64,000 bases of DNA from a candidate division FCPU426 bacterium (GTDB taxonomy: Bacteria; Oederibacteriota; Muellerivitia; Muellerivitales; Muellerivitaceae), in NCBI GenBank assembly GCA_963796105.1, contig CAWCKJ010000004.1, forward strand, positions 160,001-224,000, read 5' to 3'. The notes beneath the pieces were generated by a model. It saw only the letters and a list, made by a program, of their open reading frames with translations, was not told where the DNA came from and made no database searches. The stretch's first letter is position 1. Every line of letters begins with the position of its first letter. Positions 19,917 through 30,256 of the stretch are shown here, piece by piece. A program made the translations under genes and the position numbers.

Positions 19917-21260
19917 TCACTGATAAGAAACCGGCAAGTTTATTTCCTTGGCGATACGGTCGCGGGAAGAATAGGTCGCCATTAATCTCAAAAAGAGAGT
20001 GTAATCCCCCTTCGGAACGGTGGGTTCCGGGATCCAATCCAAAACCTGGATTCCCTCCTCCAAGTCCTTTCCTTGGTCCAAGGTTTTTATGGTTTTTCCC
20101 TGGGAATCGCGGATTTCAGACGTGACGATGGCCCTCTCAGTCAAATGGTAGTGGAATTTGAATCCTTGGCCAGAGGGTTCCGTCGTCAAATCGACCGCGT
20201 CGGTCCCGTTCCAGAAATAATGAACGCACTCCTTGTCCGCCACCAGCACCTGCCCGAACTGGTGATTGAAGGCGATTCCACGGGGTTCCAGGAACTTGAA
20301 GTCGCCCTCCCCCGCGCTTCCAAAGGAAACCACGTAGTGCAGGTCCTTGTCGAATTTCCGGAGGCAGGATTGGGAAAAGTCGGTCGCGATCACGTTGCCG
20401 TAATAATCGAAAGCGCAGCCCCAAAGTTTGACCGGGGACGCGGCCGCCGGATCCGACGCGGTCTGGGTCAAGGGGGCGCCTTCCAGGCTCAGGGTTTGAA
20501 GTCGGGTCCCGTGGCGGTCGATGACCGCGATCCGGTCGGCGTAAGGCCCCTGTTGGTAGAAGGTCCAGTCCTCCTTGGAGTCGATCACCGCCAGGGCCGA
20601 AGGGCCCTCCAGGGGAGGAGTGGACAGGACTCGGATTCTACCCTTGGCATCCATGACCTGGATGCGGTTGTTTCCCGTGTCGGCGATGTAAAGTCTTCCC
20701 TGGGAATCATAGGCGACACCCATGGGGGATATGAACTCGCCTGACAGGCTTCCCCTCTTTCCCGCGGATTTGACCCAGGAGATCCTCATCCCGTCGTGGC
20801 GCAAAAGCGCGATGCGGTTGTTTCCCGTATCGGCGACAGCCACGTTCCCGTTGGAATGGATGGCCACGCCGTTGGGAGCGAAAAACTCCTTCTCGCCGTG
20901 TCCCGGGGACCCGAAACGGCGCAGATCCTTCAATCCCACGTTGTAGACAATTTCCGCGGCCCCCGAATTGACCCCGACGCAGGTGACCACCACGTCATTT
21001 TGGGGAGCCCCCGGATCATGGTCTTTCTTTAAAAGAGCGCAAGCCACGCCCCGGGGATCGTTGAAGGAGCAGCCAGGGAGCATCAAGGAAAGCATCGTCT
21101 GGGTGCCCCTGTGGATATTGAAGGGAAGGAACCCCCCGCAGGGGTAAAGGTAGGTGGAGGGGACGTCCTTGACGACTTCCACCGTCCCCTCGGCCGCCAA
21201 GAGCAACCCGGCCCCCAGGAGGAATAAGCCCGCCAATTTAAAACAGGTCTTTCGATTCAT
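19917..21260 (-). CDS. Secreted NHL-repeat beta-propeller protein with C-terminal FlgD-like Ig domain
   Basis: Repeated F..P.GVA....G...VADTGNNRI units; C-terminal EI.DSQGKTIKTL..G...L.W....PKGDYTL. Confidence 0.85.
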   Translation of the reverse strand: MNRKTCFKLAGLFLLGAGLLLAAEGTVEVVKDVPSTYLYPCGGFLPFNIHRGTQTMLSLMLPGCSFNDPRGVACALLKKDHDPGAPQNDVVVTCVGVNSGAAEIVYNVGLKDLRRFGSPGHGEKEFFAPNGVAIHSNGNVAVADTGNNRIALLRHDGMRISWVKSAGKRGSLSGEFISPMGVAYDSQGRLYIADTGNNRIQVMDAKGRIRVLSTPPLEGPSALAVIDSKEDWTFYQQGPYADRIAVIDRHGTRLQTLSLEGAPLTQTASDPAAASPVKLWGCAFDYYGNVIATDFSQSCLRKFDKDLHYVVSFGSAGEGDFKFLEPRGIAFNHQFGQVLVADKECVHYFWNGTDAVDLTTEPSGQGFKFHYHLTERAIVTSEIRDSQGKTIKTLDQGKDLEEGIQVLDWIPEPTVPKGDYTLFLRLMATYSSRDRIAKEINLPVSYQ

Positions 21261-21328
21261 TCCATCCGCCTTTTCAGGATCATTCCATTATCGAGTGCAA
21301 ATCCTTTTATTGCCCATGCCAGAATGAC

Positions 21329-23470
21329 TTAGTGAATTTTCTCCACGACCTCGAATTCTCTCTCATTATGCGCGATCAAATTTCCGGTTCTGTTCCGCAC
21401 CTTGAACTCCGCCCGGTAGACCCCCAGCGGGCCCTTCAGGGGAAGGTGAAACCCTTCCTGATGGTTGAAGCGATCCGGGGTATCAAACGGCTTGGCCACG
21501 CAGTCGGCTTTCACTCCGCAAATTCTCTTCTCCCTGAAGATCACCCTGCTCCGGGAATCCATTACCCGGGCCTCCACCCTCAAACCCTTGATGGGTTTTC
21601 CAAAATCGTTGATCAGCACGAGTTCCCTCAAGAGGGACTTTCCCCAGAATAGCACATCCCCCGGGTTAAACCGGTTGACGTGGGGTCTCCAGAGGGGAAG
21701 AAGGGGCTGGGAAGCCGTTTGAAGGGCCCTATAGGCTTCCTTGGGATTCCGGAAATAATCCACGACGCTCCAGGTGATGGCCGGCCAGCAATCCACGAAC
21801 ATGAAATGGAAATAACCGTTCATGGGCTGGTATTTCTTGAGCCGGATGCTCTGGATGTAATCCTTCACCAGGCGGGCCTGGTATCGCTGGCTGTTATTCA
21901 CGAATTCACCGATGGATTTTCCCATTTCAATCCGCGCAACATTGAAGGTCTGGAAATACTGGAAATCATGGAAGGCCCATTTTTTGAAATCCGGCGGCCA
22001 GAGTTCCACCGGCTTGAACATTTTTCTCAGGGTTTTGACTGAGGGAAGGGCCTGGGCCCCGAACTCAGAATAAAAAGGCGCGTCAGCCCCCACGGCTCCG
22101 GGCTTGACGTCCCGCAGGATGGAATCCTCCCAGTACCATCCCGGATAGGGGTGGTATTGGAAATCGCTGGCTGTGTCCACATGCCGGCTCGAGTCCTCCT
22201 CCCGAACCGCCCGGGCCAGGATAGGGTCCAACTCGTCGCGGTTCACGGAGGGCTCATTGTGACAGCACCAGACCAGGATGGAGGGATGGTTGTATAACTG
22301 CCTCACCATATCCTTGATCTGGCGGCAAGCGTTTCGGGTGAAAGACTCTGTCCGCTCGTAGCTCCATTGCAAAGCGAAGTCCTGCCAGACGAATAGCCCC
22401 GCCTCGTCACAGGCCTTGTAGAATTCCTCCCGGTTGACGTGGGCGTGGACCCGGACGGCGTTCAGTCCAGCCTCTTTCATCATTTTGACGTCCCGGTCGG
22501 CACGTTCCTGGTTGTACTCGGAAAGCCATTGGGCGGGGATAATATTCGTGCCCCGGGGAAAAAATTTCCGGCCGTTGAGGAAAAATTCCCATCGGGAGGA
22601 AACCTTGACCTCGCGTATGCCGAACCTGACTTCTCCCCTCTCCACAACTTTGCCATCCTTCGATCCGCGCAGGGCGATGGAAGCCTTGTATAGATTTGGT
22701 TCCCCCTGATCCCAAGTCCACCAAAGCCGGGGTTTGGGTATGACCTGCTCCAAGCGGACCTGGGATCTTCCCCTGGGCAAATGGACCTTTTTACGGATGA
22801 GCCACCGGCCCGGAAATTTTTCCCCGTGGATTGCGACTTCCACATCGTATGCGCCCGCTTGGCCGACATTGACTAGAATGAGTTTAAGGCTTACTAAAGC
22901 CCGGTGGTTCGGAAGGAGTTTCGGGGTGACTTGGATGCGCTCCAGGAAAAGACGGTCGGCGGTCAGGAGTTCCACGCCGTTCCAAAGTCCCCCGGTGTTG
23001 TAGTCTTGGCCGTGTTCCGTGTCCCAGCTTCCTGGCCTGGCATCATGATGGTTGAAAATGCCCTTGATCAGGTATTTCTCGTGAGGCCAGACCTTGGAAT
23101 TTTCCTTGGGCGATTCCACCCATACCTTTAATCGGTTCTTCTCCCGGAGGGCCTTTGTCGCCGTAAACTCGAAGGACTGGAAATAACCCTCATGTTTTCC
23201 TAATGGACTGCCGTTCAACTCTGCTTTCAGGAAATAATCCGCGCCCTTGAATCTCAGGAAAGCCGCTTGGCCTTGCATCAGAAGAGGCGCTTGGAATTCC
23301 CTCTCATAAAGGGCCTCCCCGGCGAAGTTTTCGCCTTGCAAGTACCAATTGGCTGGAACTTGTATATTCCGGCTTTCAGGTTTCTTCACCGCCACCGAAT
23401 GTTTTTCGAGGGTGGATTCTGTCAATTGGGTGAATTTCCATTTTCCATTCAGGGATATGATTTCAGGCAA
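21329..23470 (-). CDS. Glycoside hydrolase family 2 (beta-mannosidase-like), no signal peptide
   Basis: RLWWTWDQGEPNLY, FGIREV, NGRKFFPRGTN, LNAVRVHAH, CDEAGLFVWQDF, NHPSILVWCCHNE, SEFGAQA. Confidence 0.9.
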   Translation of the reverse strand: MPEIISLNGKWKFTQLTESTLEKHSVAVKKPESRNIQVPANWYLQGENFAGEALYEREFQAPLLMQGQAAFLRFKGADYFLKAELNGSPLGKHEGYFQSFEFTATKALREKNRLKVWVESPKENSKVWPHEKYLIKGIFNHHDARPGSWDTEHGQDYNTGGLWNGVELLTADRLFLERIQVTPKLLPNHRALVSLKLILVNVGQAGAYDVEVAIHGEKFPGRWLIRKKVHLPRGRSQVRLEQVIPKPRLWWTWDQGEPNLYKASIALRGSKDGKVVERGEVRFGIREVKVSSRWEFFLNGRKFFPRGTNIIPAQWLSEYNQERADRDVKMMKEAGLNAVRVHAHVNREEFYKACDEAGLFVWQDFALQWSYERTESFTRNACRQIKDMVRQLYNHPSILVWCCHNEPSVNRDELDPILARAVREEDSSRHVDTASDFQYHPYPGWYWEDSILRDVKPGAVGADAPFYSEFGAQALPSVKTLRKMFKPVELWPPDFKKWAFHDFQYFQTFNVARIEMGKSIGEFVNNSQRYQARLVKDYIQSIRLKKYQPMNGYFHFMFVDCWPAITWSVVDYFRNPKEAYRALQTASQPLLPLWRPHVNRFNPGDVLFWGKSLLRELVLINDFGKPIKGLRVEARVMDSRSRVIFREKRICGVKADCVAKPFDTPDRFNHQEGFHLPLKGPLGVYRAEFKVRNRTGNLIAHNEREFEVVEKIH

Positions 23471-23487
23471 GTTCGAATACTCCGTTG

Positions 23488-23679
23488 TTATTTCTTAATT
23501 CTGTTCAAGGCGTTTCCATTAGGTTGGGATGGGTCCGCCCCAGTCCAGTGCCGATAAAGCAAAACAGCCAACCCCAAAAGAGTCAGTAAAAGCAGAAATC
23601 CCAGGACTTTCTTTTCTTGCGAGGTCAATGCAATCCCCACGGAACCAGCCTCCGAGTCGGGATGAGGAAATAAAGGCAT
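23488..23679 (-). CDS. Small single-TM protein resembling a ComEA N-terminal anchor (start uncertain)
   Basis: LTSQEKKVLGFLLLLTLLGLAVLLYRHW; no helix-hairpin-helix domain follows. Confidence 0.45.
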   Translation of the reverse strand: MPLFPHPDSEAGSVGIALTSQEKKVLGFLLLLTLLGLAVLLYRHWTGADPSQPNGNALNRIKK

Positions 23680-23750
23680 ATTATAATAAAAGATAAGTTG
23701 AAAACTGTCATTTCGTGGCTTTTTCCGGGAAAGCGTTGATAGAATTAAAG

Positions 23751-23780
23751 CCGACACATCAAACGTTCCACTTACGTCTA
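23751..23780 (+). promoter_or_regulatory. Putative ECF autoregulatory promoter CCGACAC-N17-CGTCTA
   Basis: Lies 26 nt upstream of the sigma ATG; identical boxes and spacing recur at 24343-24372. Confidence 0.7.
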
Positions 23781-23806
23781 AAGAAAAGCGATGCCGACCA
23801 AATTCC

Positions 23807-24403
23807 ATGAACGACAAAGAAATCATAAAGCAAATCAAGGCCGGCCACACCGAGGCCTACGGGGACTTCATCCGCGAGTATCATAAGAAAGTCCTTGGCT
23901 ATTGCCTATCCATGCTTTCCAACCGCACCGACGCGGAGGAAGCGGTGCAGGATATTTTCGTAAAGGCCTATAATTCCCTGGACCGGTTCAAGGGCAATTC
24001 AGCCTTTTCCACCTGGCTTTACCGCATCACCGCCAACCATTGCCTGGATATCCTGAGGAAGAAAAACCGGCGAAAAACCGTTTCCCTGGATGCCTTGATA
24101 GAGGATGAGGGTTCCCGGATCGAGGGCCTTTTCGCTTCGAATCGGGCCGAAAGTTCTGCGCTGGAGAATCGGGATCTTGCTGATAAAATATTGGCCACTC
24201 TTCCGGCGGACTACCGGACCATCCTGACCCTTCGGGAAGCCAATGGATTGGAATACCAGGAAATCTCGGCCATATTGGGCTGCTCCCTGGACGCCGTGAA
24301 GGGCCGTTTGGCGAGGGCCCGCAAGCTTTTACAGGGCAATCTCCGACACTTCCTGGAGCCGGGAAGCGTCTATAAGGAAGAAGGTGAAAACCATGAACCA
24401 TGA
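23807..24403 (+). CDS. ECF RNA polymerase sigma factor
   Basis: DAEEAVQDIFVKAY, FSTWLYRITANHCLD, LEYQEISAILGCSLDAVKGRLARAR. Confidence 0.95.
   Translation: MNDKEIIKQIKAGHTEAYGDFIREYHKKVLGYCLSMLSNRTDAEEAVQDIFVKAYNSLDRFKGNSAFSTWLYRITANHCLDILRKKNRRKTVSLDALIEDEGSRIEGLFASNRAESSALENRDLADKILATLPADYRTILTLREANGLEYQEISAILGCSLDAVKGRLARARKLLQGNLRHFLEPGSVYKEEGENHEP
24343..24372 (+). promoter_or_regulatory. Second copy of the ECF promoter, inside the sigma 3' end and upstream of the anti-sigma gene
   Basis: CCGACAC-ttcctggagccgggaag(17)-CGTCTA, 20 nt before ATG 24393. Confidence 0.7.
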
Positions 24404-24866
24404 CGAGATCCAGGAAAAACTATTCGCCCTTTACGACGGCCCCCTGACCGAGAAGGAAAGGGAGTTGACGGAGGGGCACTTGGCCAAATGTCCCGAATGC
24501 CAAAAGGCGATCGCCGAGTGGAAAGCTTTGTCGGCGTCGCTTTTCGCCGCTCCGGCTTTTTCCGAGGCGGATGAGGACCGGATGGTTTCACGAGTGATGG
24601 CCAGGATCTCTTCCCCAACCGTCGAAAACCGGATTTCTTTTTTGGACTTGGCCCTGCGGTGGTTCTTCCCCCTCTTGGGATCCACCGCCGCAGCGGCTTG
24701 GGTATTTTTCTCGCTCCTCCCCGGCACACCGGGCCTGACCGCGGGGTCAACGGCCGAGAATTATCTTTACTCACAGCCGGTTGAGAATAATTCCACCCAA
24801 TGGTCGGTACTTCCGGCAGCTTATACCCCGGACAACGATGATATGGTGGTCAGTTTCTTAAAATAA
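24393..24866 (+). CDS. Zinc-finger (zf-HC2/ZAS) membrane anti-sigma factor
   Basis: HLAKCPEC motif plus one TM helix; overlaps the sigma stop. Confidence 0.88.
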   Translation: MNHDEIQEKLFALYDGPLTEKERELTEGHLAKCPECQKAIAEWKALSASLFAAPAFSEADEDRMVSRVMARISSPTVENRISFLDLALRWFFPLLGSTAAAAWVFFSLLPGTPGLTAGSTAENYLYSQPVENNSTQWSVLPAAYTPDNDDMVVSFLK

Positions 24867-24875
24867 GGAAACGTT

Positions 24876-25298
24876 ATGAAACCTTGGATTAAATTTTCTT
24901 TCACTTTTCTCATTGGATTGCTGCTGGGTATCGCTGGAACCGGCATCTATATCCACCGGCATTTCTCGCGGGCCTTCGCTCCCGGGGACTATCATCATAT
25001 GGTGGATCACCTTGGCTCGAAGTTGGGTTTGTCTAGCGACCAAAAAGACAAAGTCCTGGAAATTTTCAAGGAAGAATCGCCCAAAATGGACGCCATCCGG
25101 GATGAGACCAACGGCAAGCTGAAGTCTTTCCGAAACGGGTTTCATGTCCGCATTCTTTCAGTCCTGAATGATGACCAGAAGAAAAAGTTCGAGGAAATGA
25201 CGGCGCGATGGGATGCGAGGCATAACAACCCTAAAGAATGGCAGATTCCAGGCCTTTCCGCCGGCCCAGTATCCGGATCTCCACCTGGCCAGAAATAA
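24876..25298 (+). CDS. Spy/CpxP-like periplasmic helical protein
   Basis: N-terminal TM; LGLSSDQKDKV and VLNDDQKKKF (LTxxQ-type) repeats. Confidence 0.75.
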   Translation: MKPWIKFSFTFLIGLLLGIAGTGIYIHRHFSRAFAPGDYHHMVDHLGSKLGLSSDQKDKVLEIFKEESPKMDAIRDETNGKLKSFRNGFHVRILSVLNDDQKKKFEEMTARWDARHNNPKEWQIPGLSAGPVSGSPPGQK

Positions 25299-25317
25299 AC
25301 ACTTGAGTGTAAACGCG

Positions 25318-25346
25318 GGCCTTAGGCAATTCGCCTAGGGCCTTTT
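25318..25346 (+). terminator. Intrinsic terminator after the ECF operon
   Basis: GGCCTTAGGC-aattc-GCCTAGGGCC followed by TTTT. Confidence 0.6.
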
Positions 25347-25445
25347 GTTTACATGATTTTTTCATTTCATTAGGATTGAAATGCTTAGATTTATGCTGAT
25401 AATGTTTTGCTCCCGAACGTGAAATATTTTTTAGGAGAATTAAAC

Positions 25446-26783
25446 TTGAACCGAAATCTTTTTTTAAACGCTATTGTCGCTGTAGGTCTTTCAATATTTT
25501 CATTCGGTTGCGCCGGGGCTCCGGTGAAGGTCGGTGAGGGTCCGGTGGAAAAACCTCTCCAAGAAGTCAGTGGCATTACCACCGAAGACGTGCAAAAAGC
25601 CCTTAAAAAAGAGACTTTAAATCTGATGGATGTTTATTCCCTCGCCGTGAAACGCACCGAAACACTTGCTACAGCATCAGAAAGCGTTCTTCAGGCCAAA
25701 TCCCAAAACGCCCAAGCGGTCGGGGCTTGGCTTCCCCAGGTTTACCTGGGCGATATGAAAAAATGGCAATATTCAGCCGTCCCGAATAATTCACTTTCCT
25801 TATCCGTCTCCGAAACTATCCTGGGTGGCTTGAACCAAGTCGCCGCCATCCAGGGCGCCGGAGCCAATATCGATTACCAAAACAACGTCTTTAAAAACCA
25901 ATCCCGTCTTCTTTTATTGAACGTGGCCACTGCTTTCTACAACGTGCTTTCGTTAGAGGAATCCCTAGAGGCCTTGCAAACCTCTAAAGAATTAAATGAG
26001 AAAACCTTGGGTGTAGAAAAGCAATGGCAGAAAATGGGCCGTTCCCGCACAGCCGACGTCTCCAATACTCAGGCCCAGTTGGCCCAGATCCTAGCGGACC
26101 TCCAGAACACCAAATACCAGTTGGTGCAGGCAAGGGAAGTTCTAGCCACCCTAGCAGACATTAAAAACGACCAACATTTGGTATCCGAGGAAACTTATTC
26201 CACCCCATCCTTCACTTTGGACGAAGCCCAAGGAAAGGTAGAAAGCCGCCCCGACGTACAGTCCGCCGCCGCTAGCGTGGTGGTTGCGGACGCTTACCTT
26301 TTGCAGGCCCACGGAGGACATTTGCCTACTATATCAGTCGAAGGTCAGTATTATTTATCGCAAGATGGGATAAATTCATCAAATGATTGGAACGCCACTT
26401 TCCTGGCTTCACTCCCTATTTTCGAAGGGGGACAAGTCATCGCACAGGAAGATGAAGCTTCTTCCAAAAAACGCCAGGCGGAAATGCAATTATCCCTTAC
26501 GCGCCGAACGGCCGTCGACGATATCCGCGAAGCTTACAAGAGCCTGGTGGAGTCCATCGGTGAAACGGAAGCCTACCAGAAAGCAGAGCAGTCCTATGAA
26601 CAGGCCTATCAGGACGTTTTACACGACTATAAGCTGAACCTGACCACCAACTTGGAACTTCTGCAAACCATGACGGCCTTGGAAAACACCAAGATCAGCT
26701 ATATCAAGGCCAAGTACCAGGCCTTGTACGACCAGATCTGGCTGGGAGTCGCCACAAGTGAACTTCCAAAAATAAAAGAGTAA
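25446..26783 (+). CDS. TolC-family outer-membrane efflux lipoprotein (probable TTG start 25446)
   Basis: Lipobox FSFGC; two OEP repeats (WLPQVYL.., HLPTISV.., SLPIFEGG); AGGAG RBS. Confidence 0.9.
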   Translation: MNRNLFLNAIVAVGLSIFSFGCAGAPVKVGEGPVEKPLQEVSGITTEDVQKALKKETLNLMDVYSLAVKRTETLATASESVLQAKSQNAQAVGAWLPQVYLGDMKKWQYSAVPNNSLSLSVSETILGGLNQVAAIQGAGANIDYQNNVFKNQSRLLLLNVATAFYNVLSLEESLEALQTSKELNEKTLGVEKQWQKMGRSRTADVSNTQAQLAQILADLQNTKYQLVQAREVLATLADIKNDQHLVSEETYSTPSFTLDEAQGKVESRPDVQSAAASVVVADAYLLQAHGGHLPTISVEGQYYLSQDGINSSNDWNATFLASLPIFEGGQVIAQEDEASSKKRQAEMQLSLTRRTAVDDIREAYKSLVESIGETEAYQKAEQSYEQAYQDVLHDYKLNLTTNLELLQTMTALENTKISYIKAKYQALYDQIWLGVATSELPKIKE

Positions 26784-26826
26784 TTTTGCATCTCAGTTTC
26801 AAATTTTAAATAACAGGGGTTATTCA

Positions 26827-29800
26827 ATGACGCTATCAGACCTTTCCATCCGCAATCCGGTCTTCGCCTGGATGCTCATGGCGGCTTTCATCATCTTCGG
26901 TTTCATCTGCTGGGTGCGCATGGGAGTCTCGAACCTCCCGGACGTCAACTTCCCGGTCGTAAATATCTCCATCACCCTTCCCAACGCCTCTCCCGAGGTG
27001 GTGGAGTCGGACGTGGCCGATCCAGTGGAGCAGGCGGTTTTGGGGGCCCAAGGGGTTCAGGATGTGCAAACTACCTGCACCCAGGGCAACGCCAATATCA
27101 CGGTTTACCTGGATTTGAGCCGCGACGTCGATTCCGCAGTCCAGGACGTGCAAACCCTGGTCTTCCAGGCCCAAAAACAACTTCCGACAAATATTTTTCC
27201 GCCCGTGATTCGAAAGCAGAATCCAAATGCCTCGCCCATACTTTGGCTCGCGGTCACCGCAGACCCCCCCCTGACCGTCCGGGACCTGATGCTTTATTCC
27301 CGGGACCATATCCAGGATAAGTTCACGAGCCTCAACGGGGTTGCCAACGTATTCCTGGGTGGTTTTTTAAACCGTGAAATTAACCTTTGGGTGGACAATA
27401 ACAAGTTGAACGCCCGGCAATTGACGGCCCTCGATATCATCAGCACCATCCAGCACCAGCACCAGGAAACCCCGGCCGGCTCCCTGGAAACCCCGAACAC
27501 CCAGTACAACATCCGGGTCATGGGAGAAGCCTATACGGTTCCCGATTTCGCCAACCTGCCTATCCTCACCCGCGGCGGGTCGCCCAACTATACGCTGACC
27601 CGATTGAAAGACATTGCCACTATCGAGGACGGGGTCGTGACCCCAATCGTCCGCCTTTCCAGGTTCGACACGGTCACAGCGGTTGGTTTGGGAATCGTCA
27701 TGCAAGATGGTTTCAATGCGGTAGAGGTTGGCGACTCAGCGAAGGCCCGCATGGAGGAAGTTCGAGAAATCATTGCCCAAGGGTTTCCATATTAACCTTA
27801 ATTTCGATACCACCAAGTTCATCAAGGACAACGTCCATGAGCTGGAATTAACCATCCTTATCGCGACCTTCCTCACCGCGGGCGTATGCTTCCTTTTCCT
27901 GGGGAGTTTCTCCTCCACCGTGAACATCTTCCTGGCGATCCCGACCTCCCTCTTTGGGACCTTCATGGTCATGAGCCTCTTCGGCTTCAACCTGAACACC
28001 TTTACCTTGATGGCCCTTTCCCTATCCATCGGGGTCGTGGTAGATGACGCCATCATGGTTTTGGAAAATATCGTGCGCCACCAGGAAAAGGGCGAGGACC
28101 AGGTGGAAGCGGCCCTCATCGGCGCCAAGGAAATCACCTTCGCCGCCATGGCCACTTCGATTGCCATCGTGGCCATCTTCCTCCCCATCGCCTTCATGCA
28201 AGGCATCATAGGCAAGTTTTTCTTCCAGTTCGGGGTCACCCTCTCCGGCGCGGTTCTCATCTCGTTGTTGGAAGCCATCACCCTGACCCCAATGCGTTGT
28301 TCCGAATTCGTGCACGCGGCGGATGAGCACAGCAAGTTCAACCAGTTCGTGAACAAGCAGTTTCTCCTGATCACGGAGTCCTACAAAAAAACCCTGAGAT
28401 GGAGTTTGGATCACCGCTGGGCCGTGGTCCTGGCGGCGGGTTTCATTTTCTTCGGTTCTTTCGTCATGTTGAAATTCATCAAAGTAAATTTCAATCCTGC
28501 CACTGACCAGAGCGCCTTCGTCGTAAACATGAAACTTCCCGTGACTTATTCCCTGGACCACACCGACCAGATCGTACACCAGTGCGAGTCCATCCTGAGA
28601 CAACGCGGCGAGGTAAAACATCTTTACGCGGCCATCGGCGGTTTCGACGGGACAACACCCAACCAGGGTATTATATTTTTGACCATGAAGGATGCTTCGG
28701 ACCGTCCCGTGGCTTCCCTCTCGGAGAAATTTCCGGCCACTGGACCATTGTCTTTCATCACCAACCTATGGCGCCGCGTATCACCCCAGCGCCTGACTGA
28801 ATTCGAGTTCATGGGGGTGGTCCGTAATGCCCTTTCCAAGGTTTCGCCCGACCTGCAGGTTTTCTGCCTGGACTTGTCCCAGCGGGGCATGTCCACCGGA
28901 AAAGGCTACGCCGTGGAATTGATGATCACCGGACCGGATTGGGACACTCTGGGTGACTGTGTACAGAAAATCCGTAAAGCCTTCCGGGCCAGCCCGAAAT
29001 TGGCCGATTCGGACGACAACTTCTTGGACGGAATGCCTGAAATCAGGGTCATTCCCAACCGGGTAAAAGCCGCCCTTATGGGAGTTAATATGGACGACCT
29101 GGGGAACGTCATCGGGTCCACCATCGGGGGATACCAGTTCCAAGGTACTTATTTCCACGAGGGGGGCCACGACAATCCCATCGCCATCCGGGTCCCCGTG
29201 GACCAGCGCAAGGGACCTGACTCCATGAAGGATATTTATGTCCGTAATAACCGCGGTGAGGTGCTTCCCATTTCCGCGATCGCCACCCTGCAACAAGTCC
29301 CCTCGTACCAACAGATTTTCCGTGATAACCGCCAGAGGGCGGTTTACCTCACCTCTGGGGCCAGTAAGACCGCTTCCCAGCAGGAAGCCGTCCAGGAAGC
29401 CCTGTCCATTTGCAAGGGGATCCTGCCGCAGGGATACAACGTGCAATTGACCGGCTCGGCCCAAGCCAACGCCGACTCTATGAAACAACTATTGTTCGTC
29501 ATGCTCCTAGGGATCCTGGTGGCCTATATGGTCTTGGCCAGCCAGTTCAACAGTTTCCTTCACCCCATCATCATCTTGCTGGCCTTGCCTTTCTCTGTCA
29601 CCGGGGCATTTTTTAGCATGTGGCTCTTCAACCAAAGTCTGGGCATCTACAGCATCATCGGCATCATTCTGCTGATGGGACTGGTAAAGAAAAATTCCAT
29701 CATGTTGGTGGATTTTACCAACCAGCGCCGGCATAAGGGCATGAATGTTCACGACGCCTTGATGGACGCCTGTCCGGTGCGCTTGAGACCGATCCTGATG

Positions 29801-30055
29801 ACCTCTTCCGCCACCGTGGCGGGAGCCCTTCCCGCCGCCCTGGCCTGGGGACCCGGCGCCGAGCTGCGCCAACCCATGGCGATCGCCATCATTGGGGGCA
29901 TCATCTTCTCGACCCTCTTGACCCTGATCGTGGTGCCCTGCGCTTACAGCCTGATGAGCAGGTTGGAACGCCGGAAAGCCCACCATAGCACCGGATTCAA
30001 GGACCACCCAGACCAGGTTCCGAGCAACGAAAATACGGGTAACCCCGCGACTTAA
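26827..30055 (+). CDS. AcrB/AcrD/AcrF-family RND permease with one frameshift near 27762
   Basis: LSIRNPVFAWM, PDVNFPVV, IGVVVDDAIMVLENI, GLVKKNSIMLVDF, RLRPILMTS. Removing one base near 27762 joins MEEV to EKSLPKG. Confidence 0.93.
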
Positions 30056-30256
30056 TCACGATCAGAACCATCCAACCCTTCGTCGATAAGCCACAAGGGT
30101 TGAATTACTTGTCTTATTCTTCTTGTTTCCGCATCGCTCTGAAATCCTACCATTTTGGATTCGAGTGAAGTAGCATAGGCAAAATATGATTTTGCCATCG
30201 GGAGCCAACCCCTGAATCCCCAGACCCTTCAACAAATCCGTAACCATTATCCCTTA

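Noticed and set aside
27728..27795. Genuine two-gene split RND transporter
   Set aside because: One extra base near 27762 explains the break; the second ORF has no credible start or RBS.
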